Of a DNA stretch of 64,000 nucleotides, positions 50,858-59,331 are shown in pieces; the stretch's first letter is position 1, and each line of letters opens with the position of its first letter. The translations under genes and the position numbers were made by a program. The notes below the pieces were generated by a model, which did not search any database, was not told where the DNA came from, and saw only the letters and a program-made list of their open reading frames with translations. Origin of the DNA: Candidatus Latescibacterota bacterium (GTDB lineage: Bacteria; Latescibacterota; UBA2968; GCA-2709665); the NCBI GenBank assembly GCA_965205485.1, contig OZ242180.1, forward strand, positions 352,001-416,000. The letters are read 5' to 3'.

Positions 50858-52330
50858 ATGACTTACTTAAAGGTCGCGATATGTACTGCCGCCCTCGCGC
50901 TATTGGCATCCATATTCGTCGCCGCTATCGGCGTCAGTTCAGACTATGGTGGCGCGACAGCATCTGCGATCTCCGTCAACGGCATCGGCAACGATACAGC
51001 ATCCATTCCCGACTTCGACGGCGACGGGACCATCGGATTCGGCGATTTTCTCATCTTCTCGGGCGCGTTTGGCTCGCGCCAGGGCGACGAAAAGTACGAC
51101 GCCACGTACGATTTGAACGGTGATGGGGAAATCGGGTTTTCCGACTTTGTGATCTTCGCACAGAACTTCGGAAAGGACGCGCCCTCCCCGGTCGTCGCCT
51201 TTGCTGATCCGGAGATCTATAATGACAACGTATTTGTCTTACCTGTAAAAGAGGACCTTGCCGCAGGTGGTCTTCCACTGCGCGAGTATGGTGCGCGATT
51301 CTTCAGGTATTTCAACGATGAGTTTGATTTTCTGGTGTTCATCCCCAGCTTGCGTATAGATCAGCTTGATTCCGGAGCTTTCGTAGGAGCCTTTTACAGT
51401 CATGTAAGAAACGATGTGCAAGGGATCGGCCTGGAGTCTTTTTCCAATGGAGATTGGGGATCTTCCAGGAAACTGCAGGGTGTGGTATTTCTCTCCCACG
51501 GTGTAGTCACGGAGTTCAGCCGGGGCCTTTGGGATTCCGAGCGTCTGTATTCCAATTTGATTGAGGGGCCGCTTCTGCACGAATTAACTCACCGCTGGGC
51601 AAACTTCCTTGACATTGTACCTCGACCATATACCGTGCATTGGGGCTTCAGCAGCGCCAACGGCGTTCTTGGGGGTTTTGACATTGCCAGCTTGGTCGAC
51701 CATGGGAACGGGCGGTACCGCAGCTCTAGTGAGTTCAATCCCGTAGGGGTCTACAACAAACTCCTTAGTCCTATCGAATTGTACCTGGCGGGATTCATAC
51801 CACCGGTTGAAGTTCCTGACCTCTGGGTTGCGGAGGACGCCAAGCCGGTTGCTGAGGACTGGGGGCCGCTTTCCGACATAAACGAAAACTGGGTTTCCTG
51901 GGATTTCAGGTCTTTCTCGGCAAGTCAAGTAAGGACGTATACAATCAAGGACATCATCACCAAGAAAGGCCCGCGTGTTCCCGACTATTCGCAGGCACAG
52001 AAGGATTTCCGAGCAGCCGTTATTCTTCTGATCACTGAAGAGTACCCGGCGACCCGATGGGTGCTGGAGAATCTGAGCGGGGACGCATCCTTGTTCAGCT
52101 ACGCGGGTGAAGACGAGTTTGACTTGTGGTACAATTTCTATGAAGCAACCGGCGGCAGGGCCACGATCAGCATGGACGGTCTGTCACAATTCCGACGAAG
52201 TGCTGGTGCAAGCAAGCCCGCGTCCAGTTCATTCGGTACGCCACGACCGCCTGTCGTGGATCATTGGGATGATCGCGAAGATCCCGGCGGCACGTCGAAA
52301 CACTATTCGGCGGAAGTGGAACAACCGTGA
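50858..52330 (+). CDS. secreted EF-hand/dockerin-like + unclassified HEXXH metallopeptidase (B2)
   Basis: Paralog of B1: HELTHRW...HWG, SPIELYLAGFIPP, NFYEATGGR. Confidence 0.75.
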   Translation: MTYLKVAICTAALALLASIFVAAIGVSSDYGGATASAISVNGIGNDTASIPDFDGDGTIGFGDFLIFSGAFGSRQGDEKYDATYDLNGDGEIGFSDFVIFAQNFGKDAPSPVVAFADPEIYNDNVFVLPVKEDLAAGGLPLREYGARFFRYFNDEFDFLVFIPSLRIDQLDSGAFVGAFYSHVRNDVQGIGLESFSNGDWGSSRKLQGVVFLSHGVVTEFSRGLWDSERLYSNLIEGPLLHELTHRWANFLDIVPRPYTVHWGFSSANGVLGGFDIASLVDHGNGRYRSSSEFNPVGVYNKLLSPIELYLAGFIPPVEVPDLWVAEDAKPVAEDWGPLSDINENWVSWDFRSFSASQVRTYTIKDIITKKGPRVPDYSQAQKDFRAAVILLITEEYPATRWVLENLSGDASLFSYAGEDEFDLWYNFYEATGGRATISMDGLSQFRRSAGASKPASSSFGTPRPPVVDHWDDREDPGGTSKHYSAEVEQP

Positions 52331-52716
52331 CACGCGGTCGAATTCAAGATGTAGGCACGTTGTTCGTACGAAAAGCCGGTGATCGATTGCGATTCCGCAC
52401 CTGTGGACCCAGCTTCCGCTCATCAATTTTTGGAGGTCCAGCACCAGGCGACTGATGACGGCACATAGACCGCACATCAAGCTATAAGGATTGAGGCTTT
52501 GTCTAGAAGCCTCGACCCTTTACTACAAAGGGGAAAATTGGCGCAAACCGCAAATTGCCGGGTGATCTCGGGGGCTTGACGTACATAAGCACAATTAAAT
52601 ACATTTGTGCATTGAATTCCCGAACCAGGTGACTCGGCAATTCGATCGTGTTCGTGTCGCCAAGACGACAGAGTGAATGGAAAACGGCCGTGCGGAACAG
52701 AAGGTCTACGTCGTTT

Positions 52717-53514
52717 ATGGCAAAACTCCCAACACACAAAGCACCCGACCCGAAAGCCTGCGCCGTCGCCCGGGCGGTTGGCGAAGCGGTCCACCCGGAC
52801 CGGGTCATCCTGTTCGGCTCGCGCGCCCGCGGCGACTAGAACCCGCATTCGGATATCGACCTGCTCATCATCACCGACTCCGATTCCACGGACAAGCAGG
52901 AGTATCAGGACACGAGCGTGGCAGCCCACCGCAAGGCGGAGGAATTGTACGGCGACTTGATTGGCGTTGATTTGCTCACCCTGAGCGAGAAAGCCTTCCA
53001 CGACGGTCGCCGGGCGCGAAACCACGTGGCTGGCCAGGCCGTACGGGACGGTTTTGACGGGAACGGTGACAAATTAAACTACGAAAACCCGGAACCGTCC
53101 AACTGGCCGGACATACGGCCGCGCATCGCCAACGCCGAGCGGGAACTCGGCGTTCTAAGAATTCTCTTAGATGCCAAATCCGCTCAGAAAGCCATTGGGT
53201 TTCACGCGCAGCAGGCACTTGAGAACGCGCTGAAGGGCTGGATCTCCGCGCTCGACACAGACTACGGAAATACCCACGATCTGGCGACGCTTGCCGCTAT
53301 CGTGCGACAGCATCCCAATGAAGACCCTACCCCGGCCGGTGAGAAGCTGGCGTGGCTGAGCCAGTACGCTGTGCGGTACCGCTATGCAGACGCGCAGGTG
53401 GTCATCGATGATCGCGATGCGCTGCTTTCGGCGGCGACCGAAACCGTTGACGCAATTATCGCCCGCATACGTGCGCTGAATGCAGCACCGGCAGAGGAGC
53501 CTGGAACCGAATAG
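52717..53514 (+). pseudogene. MNT-HEPN fusion, copy 4, nonsense mutation in MNT
   Basis: Tyr TAC -> TAG at 52837-52839 within GSRARGD(Y); downstream frame intact to 53514. Confidence 0.85.
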
Positions 53515-53568
53515 GGACAACAGGTCTTCTCCGCGTTTTCGGATGAGTATGATGTACCTAGCAGATTC

Positions 53569-53612
53569 AAGGGTCGAAGCCGCTTACGCGCTTCGACTCT
53601 TTTCGTTTTTCT
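53569..53612 (+). terminator. array-specific hairpin/terminator
   Basis: AAGGGTCGAAGC...GCTTCGACTCTT + T-tract. Confidence 0.7.
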
Positions 53613-53641
53613 ATACATTGATTGCAGTCTATAGCCCGAAG

Positions 53642-53666
53642 GTGGGGCGGACATTCCCGTCTGCCC
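53642..53666 (+). repeat. REP-like palindrome
   Basis: GTGGGGCGGACATTCCCGTCTGCCC. Confidence 0.7.
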
Positions 53667-53767
53667 GCGTCGATGGCGTTCTGACAGTGTGGACATAGAA
53701 AAAGGATCTCGCCGACGACGCGAAACGGACAGTATCCCATGTCGCACTTTTCTCGTGGACAAAGAAA

Positions 53768-53796
53768 GTAGGGGCAGGTTTAAAACCTGCCCCTAC
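53768..53796. repeat. GTAG-type REP-like palindrome
   Basis: GTAGGGGCAGGTTTAAAACCTGCCCCTAC; degenerate relative at ~41772-41794. Confidence 0.75.
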
Positions 53797-53841
53797 AGTT
53801 TGGACATTGGGACGCGCCAGCGATGGGTTGCCCGCCTGCTC

Positions 53842-56337
53842 TCACTCTCCCGAGCCCGCCGTAACGGCCGGACGGCGGCGGTTGCCGGCGCGGACGGACG
53901 GCCTGCTCCCTGCGGTCCCCGAGCGGCGCTTGGCCGGCGCCCTTCTCGTTTTGACCAGCGCCGTGTCCAGCACCTTGTCCATCTGGTTCGCGAACACCAG
54001 CTTCACGTCCTTGCGAACGGCATCCGGCACTTCTTCCAGATCCTTCCGGTTCCTTTCTGGAAGAATCACCGTCCGGATGCCGGCCCGGTGGGCCGCCAGC
54101 ACCTTGTCGCGAATGCCGCCGACGGGCAACACCTTGCCTCGCAACGTGATCTCCCCGGTCATCGCCACGTCCTTTCGGACCGGCCGGCCCGTGAAGACCG
54201 ACGCCAGAACGGCCGCCATCGTGATCCCCGCCGACGGACCGTCCTTGGGCACCGCTCCCGCCGGCGCATGGACGTGCACGTCCTTTTCCTCGTTGAACTT
54301 TTCGGGCAACCCAAGGCTCTCCCACCGGGAGCGCACGTACGTCATCGCGGCCTGGACCGACTCCTGCATCACGTCGCCAACCTGTCCGGTCAGCTTCAGG
54401 TTTCCGCCGCCGGGCATCAGGGTGGCCTCCACGAACATCACGTCGCCTCCCGCGGACGTCACCGCCAGGCCCGCCGCCACGCCCACTTCATCGTTATCCT
54501 CGGCGATTTCGTGCTGGAACTGCCGGGGCCCAAGGTATTCCTGCAAATGCCCTGTCTTCACCCTCACCTTGCGCTTCCGGCCCTGGGCGAACCGGCGCGC
54601 CACCTTGCGACAGAGCGTACCCACGGCCCGCTCCAGGTTACGCAGCCCCGCCTCGCTGGTAAAGTACCGGATCAGGGCCGTTATCGCTTCGGTGTCGATC
54701 TCCAGCCGCCCGGCTGTCAAACCGTGCTCTTCGATCTGCCTTGGCACCAGATAGCTGCGCGCGATCTCCAGCTTTTCCTGCTCGGTATAGCCCGGCAGTT
54801 CAAGGACTTCCATCCGGTCCAGCAGTGCGGGCGGAATCGTGTGCAGCGTGTTCGCCGTGGCGATGAACATCACCTGTGAAAGATCGAACGGCACGTCCAG
54901 ATAGTGGTCTTCGAATCGGCAATTCTGTTCGGGATCCAGCACCTCCAGCAGAGCCGCCGACGGGTCGCCCCGGAAATCGGCGCCCAGCTTGTCGATCTCG
55001 TCCAGCATGAACACCGGGTTGTTCGTTCCCGCGCGACGCAATCCCTGAATGATCCGGCCTGGAAGCGCGCCGACGTAGGTCCGCCTGTGGCCCCTCACTT
55101 CCGATTCGTCCCGCACCCCGCCCAGCGATATCCGCACGAAGGTACGGTCCAGCGCACGCGCCACGGATCGACCCAGCGATGTCTTTCCCGTGCCCGGAGG
55201 ACCCACCAGGCACAGAATGGGCCCGCGCATGTCGTTTTTCAGCCCGCGCACCGCCAGATACTCCAGGATCCGGTCCTTCGGCTTCTCGATCCCGAAGTGG
55301 TCGTCGTCCAGTATCTTCTGCGCCCGGTCCACGTCGATACGGTCTTCGCTCGCCTTGCTCCACGGCAGTTCCACCAGCCAGTCGAGATACGTTCGAGACA
55401 CGGTATATTCCGCGGATTCGCCCGGCATCTTCTCCATTCTCGAGAGTTCTCGATCGGCGGCCTTTCTTGCCTCGTCCGGCATTCCCGCGGCTTCGATCTT
55501 GTCGGCTAACTCCTCGATCTCTTCGACTTCGTCTTCGCCGTCCCCAAGTTCCTCACGGATGGCCTTGAGTTGCTGACGGAGGAAATACTCGCGCTGCGCC
55601 TCATCCATGGACCCGGCCGCATTGCTTTCGATCTTTTGCCGCAGCTCCAGGATTTCCACTTCCCTTGTCAGGAACTTGTGAATCAACTCGAACCGCAGAC
55701 GCAGGTTGAGTTCAGACAGGACTTCCTGGCGTTCCTCGAACCTGAGGTTGAACTGTGAAGCGATAAAATCCGCCTTCTGTTCCTGTTCACTCAGAGAATC
55801 CAGCGCCGCCATCAGCTCTTTGGGCACGTTGGGCACCAGATCCATCGCCCTCTTGAACAGACCAAGCACGTTCTGGGAGAGCGCTTCCAACTCGTTGGTC
55901 TTTTCCGCCCAACTCTCCAGCACCCTGATCCGCGCCAGAGGATACGGCGTGGTTTGAACCAGCGCCTCCAGGCCCACGCGCGCAATTCCGTTGACCAGGA
56001 CCTGCAGCTTGTTGTCCGGAGTTCGCTGCATCCGGACCACCTGCACGGCCGTTCCCACCTGGAAGAGATCTTCGGCCTGAACCTCCTCGCCGGCGCCGTT
56101 CTCAGTTTCCGTGTTCCCCTGTTCCGGGCCCGGTTTCTGCCCGAACAACGCAACGACCCGATGTCCCCCGTTCACCGCGGTGTCCACCGCACGGATCGCC
56201 TGCTCGCTTTCGATAAACAACGGCGACAGCATATGGGGAAAGATCACCACTTCCCTGCTTCTCAACACGGGTACTTCGACCGGGACGTGGGTCCGGTCGA
56301 TGACTTCGATGCTTTCTGACGTTTTCTCGCCCGACAT
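53842..56337 (-). CDS. lon: ATP-dependent protease La (Lon)
   Basis: LON N-domain, GPPGTGKTS Walker A, LDEIDK, PKDGPSAG catalytic Ser, VGGIRDK. Confidence 0.97.
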   Translation of the reverse strand: MSGEKTSESIEVIDRTHVPVEVPVLRSREVVIFPHMLSPLFIESEQAIRAVDTAVNGGHRVVALFGQKPGPEQGNTETENGAGEEVQAEDLFQVGTAVQVVRMQRTPDNKLQVLVNGIARVGLEALVQTTPYPLARIRVLESWAEKTNELEALSQNVLGLFKRAMDLVPNVPKELMAALDSLSEQEQKADFIASQFNLRFEERQEVLSELNLRLRFELIHKFLTREVEILELRQKIESNAAGSMDEAQREYFLRQQLKAIREELGDGEDEVEEIEELADKIEAAGMPDEARKAADRELSRMEKMPGESAEYTVSRTYLDWLVELPWSKASEDRIDVDRAQKILDDDHFGIEKPKDRILEYLAVRGLKNDMRGPILCLVGPPGTGKTSLGRSVARALDRTFVRISLGGVRDESEVRGHRRTYVGALPGRIIQGLRRAGTNNPVFMLDEIDKLGADFRGDPSAALLEVLDPEQNCRFEDHYLDVPFDLSQVMFIATANTLHTIPPALLDRMEVLELPGYTEQEKLEIARSYLVPRQIEEHGLTAGRLEIDTEAITALIRYFTSEAGLRNLERAVGTLCRKVARRFAQGRKRKVRVKTGHLQEYLGPRQFQHEIAEDNDEVGVAAGLAVTSAGGDVMFVEATLMPGGGNLKLTGQVGDVMQESVQAAMTYVRSRWESLGLPEKFNEEKDVHVHAPAGAVPKDGPSAGITMAAVLASVFTGRPVRKDVAMTGEITLRGKVLPVGGIRDKVLAAHRAGIRTVILPERNRKDLEEVPDAVRKDVKLVFANQMDKVLDTALVKTRRAPAKRRSGTAGSRPSVRAGNRRRPAVTAGSGE

Positions 56338-56488
56338 CCGTTACACTCCTTCTTCGTGTCAACCATCTCGATGCGCTCAAATCGCCCTGATTTCGCTACT
56401 CGTGAGTGAGAATCTCCCCCACTCCTTGAATTCCCCGATTCCCTTGCCCTTTTTCTTGCTGCGCCCCAAGAAAAAGGGCGAAAAAGAA

Positions 56489-56660
56489 TGGCGCCGCTCA
56501 AACGCCGCGGGGCTGCTTTTCCGCGAACCACCTCGGCGGCAAGAATGTGAGCCGCTGCCCTGCGACCTGTGCAGGCACCCCTGGGCGATGGTGCTGGACG
56601 GACCAGCGCGGAAAAGCCCCATCCGCACCGCCGGGCGCGCGGTTGGTCCGCGTGAGCCTC
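56489..56660. ncRNA. candidate structured non-coding RNA upstream of lon
   Basis: Nested stems GCTCA/TGAGC and GGGGC..TTTTCCGCG/CGCGGAAAAGCCCC enclosing several short hairpins; no family recognised. Confidence 0.35.
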
Positions 56661-56721
56661 AATTCGATTTGTAATGTTGACGATAAAGAGCGTAATCCAT
56701 GTCCACCGGCGTCTTGTATTT

Positions 56722-56799
56722 GTAGGGGCGACCCTCGTGGTCGCCCGCCTTGTTGGTTTTCCTCCCCCTTTCCTTTAGGAGAGGGGGTTGGGGGGATAG
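56722..56799. repeat. REP-like palindromes
   Basis: GTAGGGGCGACCCTCGTGGTCGCCC and CCTCCCCCTTTCCTTTAGGAGAGGGGG. Confidence 0.6.
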
Positions 56800-57176
56800 C
56801 TCGCCGTAGGGATGATCGTGAATCTGTTATAGGCCCATAGAGCATGCAACATCTGTACCTGAAAGAGTGTATCGTAATTATCATATTGGAAATTATCATG
56901 TTACGATATATCAAGCCGGTCGACAAAACGGTTTCGATTTCAAGTGGACCACGCGAATACCAGGGAACTGCCATTTTGGCAGATCGAACTGCGTCAGCCA
57001 GCCTCGATTTCCTGTTGAAGCGAAGACGCCGAATCCATATATTGGCGATCAAACGCCGAACCGTATCGAAGCAGACGCCAGTGACTTCGTGTTGCCGATG
57101 CATTGGTGGTTCGCTTTCTCACAATCCGATCGTCCGGCCCCGCCGCGTCGACTCCCTTCAATCCAGGTTGGTCCGA

Positions 57177-58295
57177 ATGAAGATTACCGGCATCGAGACA
57201 ATCGGCCTGAGGGGCGCAACGCCTAAATCCGGTTGGACGGCCGAAACGCCGCCGTCGGAAAACCTGCACACGCTTGTCGAAGTGCAGACCGACACGGGCC
57301 TGACCGGCCTTGGAAGCGTCGCGACCAGCCAGGCGCTGGTCGATGCCGCCCTGGACCTTCTGAAACCCCATTTCATCGGAGAGTCGGCCATCGAACCGGA
57401 GCGCGTTTCCGAAAAGCTCCATCAGTCGACCTTCTGGCAGGGCAGGGGCGGATCGGTCACGCATGCGATTTCCGGCATCGACATCGCGCTGTGGGACCTC
57501 CTGGGCAAGGCAAGCGGACAACCCGTGGGGCGCCTCCTGGGCGGATACTACAGGCAGAAGATCAAGCCCTATGGCTCTCTCCTGTTCGAGGCGGACCTCG
57601 CTGCATTCAAGCAGACGCTCGAGTCTGCTGTTTCACGAGGATTTCGCGCGCTTAAGCTCGGGTGGGGACCCTTCGGCCGCGTGGACAAGCATGCCGACGA
57701 GCGGCTCGTCAAACTCGCTCGTGATACCGTGGGACCGGACGTCGAACTGATGGTCGATGCCGGCGGGAGCGATCAGTTCTGGCCTCACGGGTACAAGTGG
57801 GCGCTCGAAACCGCGCGGATGCTGGCTGACTACGACGTGGTCTGGTTCGAGGAGGCCCTGCCCCCCGACGATCTGGAAGGATTCATCGCCCTCCGCCAAA
57901 ACGCCCCGGTCCCCATCGCCGGAGGTGAAGTCCTGACCAGGCGGCAGAGCTTCATTTCCTGGATAGCGCGCGGCGCCTTCGATATCGTTCAGCCGGACGC
58001 CACCAAAGTCGGCGGCCTTTCGGAGACCCGCCGCATCCTCTGGCACGCCTGCAATCACAACGTGCTGCTGGTCACCCACGGATGGAACACCGCCGTTGGC
58101 CTGGCTGCCGACCTCCATCTTGCCGCCGCCCATCCCACGGCCCGCTGGGTGGAATACATCACCCCGTCGCCCTACATAGAAGACATCCTCACCGAACCTT
58201 TCCAGCTCGACGATGCCGGCCTGCTTTCCATACCCACCACTCCGGGACTGGGGATCGAGTTGGACCGGGAAAGGGTGAGACGTTATTCCGGGTAG
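57177..58295 (+). CDS. mandelate racemase/muconate-lactonizing enzyme family dehydratase
   Basis: AISGIDIALWDLLGK, KLGW, LMVDAG, WFEE, GGE, PGLGI; probable start ATG 57177 rather than 56844. Confidence 0.9.
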   Translation: MKITGIETIGLRGATPKSGWTAETPPSENLHTLVEVQTDTGLTGLGSVATSQALVDAALDLLKPHFIGESAIEPERVSEKLHQSTFWQGRGGSVTHAISGIDIALWDLLGKASGQPVGRLLGGYYRQKIKPYGSLLFEADLAAFKQTLESAVSRGFRALKLGWGPFGRVDKHADERLVKLARDTVGPDVELMVDAGGSDQFWPHGYKWALETARMLADYDVVWFEEALPPDDLEGFIALRQNAPVPIAGGEVLTRRQSFISWIARGAFDIVQPDATKVGGLSETRRILWHACNHNVLLVTHGWNTAVGLAADLHLAAAHPTARWVEYITPSPYIEDILTEPFQLDDAGLLSIPTTPGLGIELDRERVRRYSG

Positions 58296-58305
58296 GAGTC
58301 AGAAA

Positions 58306-59307
58306 ATGAAAATTGGTGCTATGGGCGTCCACTACGGACACATCGGCAGCATGTTCCGGTCCGCCGTCAATGCCCCCAACGCGGAACTGGTCGGCATCGT
58401 GGAACCCGACGACGCCCTTTACGAACAGTACACGCGCGACGTCGACGTCCCCCGCTATCCCACGCTGACGGACATGCTGGACGCGACCAGGGCCGACGTG
58501 GTGATGGAAGGCGTGGGCCACCACGAGAAGGTGGAGATGATCGAGACCTGCGCCGCGGCGGGCGCCCATGTGTTCCTGGACAAACCGCTTTGCCGGTCAC
58601 TGGACGACTGGAATCGCATCCATACCGCTGTCCGGGAGCACAATATCCGCCTGACCATGTTCTACACCTCACGCAGTTATCCGCCCTTCATCGCACTGAG
58701 GGAAGCCATTCTGGCAGGAGAACTCGGCGAGATCGTCAGCCTCATCTCCACCCATCCCCACAAACTCGGCCCCTGGGCACCTGACTGGTATTTCGATCCG
58801 CAGATCTATACGGGCACCTTCAGCGACGTCGCGTGCCACGGCGTGGACCAGGTCCGCTGGCTCACGGGCGCCGAATGCGTGGGCGTGCATGCGCTCGGCA
58901 CGTGCAAGAGGCATACGCACGGCCCGCAAAAGCTTGAGATGGACCACATTCAGGCATCGTTTCAATTGAGTACCGGAGCCTGCGCGCTGCTCACCGCGGA
59001 CTGGCTGACTCCCGAAGACTCTCCGTCATTCGGCGACACGCGCTTCATCATCATGGGTACGAAGGGATCGGCCCACCTCCGGGCGTATGCGTCAGACAGC
59101 CTCCTCATCGTTGCCGACGGCAAGGGCGCGTACGAGCCCGAATTCCCACCTGAGCGCAACAGCAGCTTTGTGGAAACGATGGTCAACGCGTTCTCCGGCG
59201 GCGAGGAGAACTTCATCTCCACCTCCGACGTGCTGGCCGTTGCCAGAGCATGCATCATGGCGGAAGAATCCGCGCGCCGGGGCGGCGAGTTTCTGAGTAT
59301 CGAGTAA
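58306..59307 (+). CDS. Gfo/Idh/MocA family oxidoreductase
   Basis: HVFLDKPL, GELGEI, DVACHGVD. Confidence 0.88.
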   Translation: MKIGAMGVHYGHIGSMFRSAVNAPNAELVGIVEPDDALYEQYTRDVDVPRYPTLTDMLDATRADVVMEGVGHHEKVEMIETCAAAGAHVFLDKPLCRSLDDWNRIHTAVREHNIRLTMFYTSRSYPPFIALREAILAGELGEIVSLISTHPHKLGPWAPDWYFDPQIYTGTFSDVACHGVDQVRWLTGAECVGVHALGTCKRHTHGPQKLEMDHIQASFQLSTGACALLTADWLTPEDSPSFGDTRFIIMGTKGSAHLRAYASDSLLIVADGKGAYEPEFPPERNSSFVETMVNAFSGGEENFISTSDVLAVARACIMAEESARRGGEFLSIE

Positions 59308-59331
59308 ACCTGCCACAACAGGAGAACTCAA

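Noticed and set aside
35134..52330. Diversity-generating retroelement as the source of variation
   Set aside because: No reverse transcriptase, and differences between repeated blocks are not adenine-specific
52837..52839. Pyrrolysine or programmed read-through of the TAG in MNT-HEPN copy 4
   Set aside because: The three paralogs have Tyr (TAC) here; a single C>G change or sequencing error is simpler
34490..53612. Integron cassette array (RYYYAAC-like words ATCCAAC, GCTTAAC, GTCTAAC after some genes)
   Set aside because: No matching GTTRRRY closing the hairpins, no intI in the window, and genes have long leaders of their own
56345..56445. CIRCE heat-shock operator upstream of lon
   Set aside because: No TTAGCACTC-N9-GAGTGCTAA match
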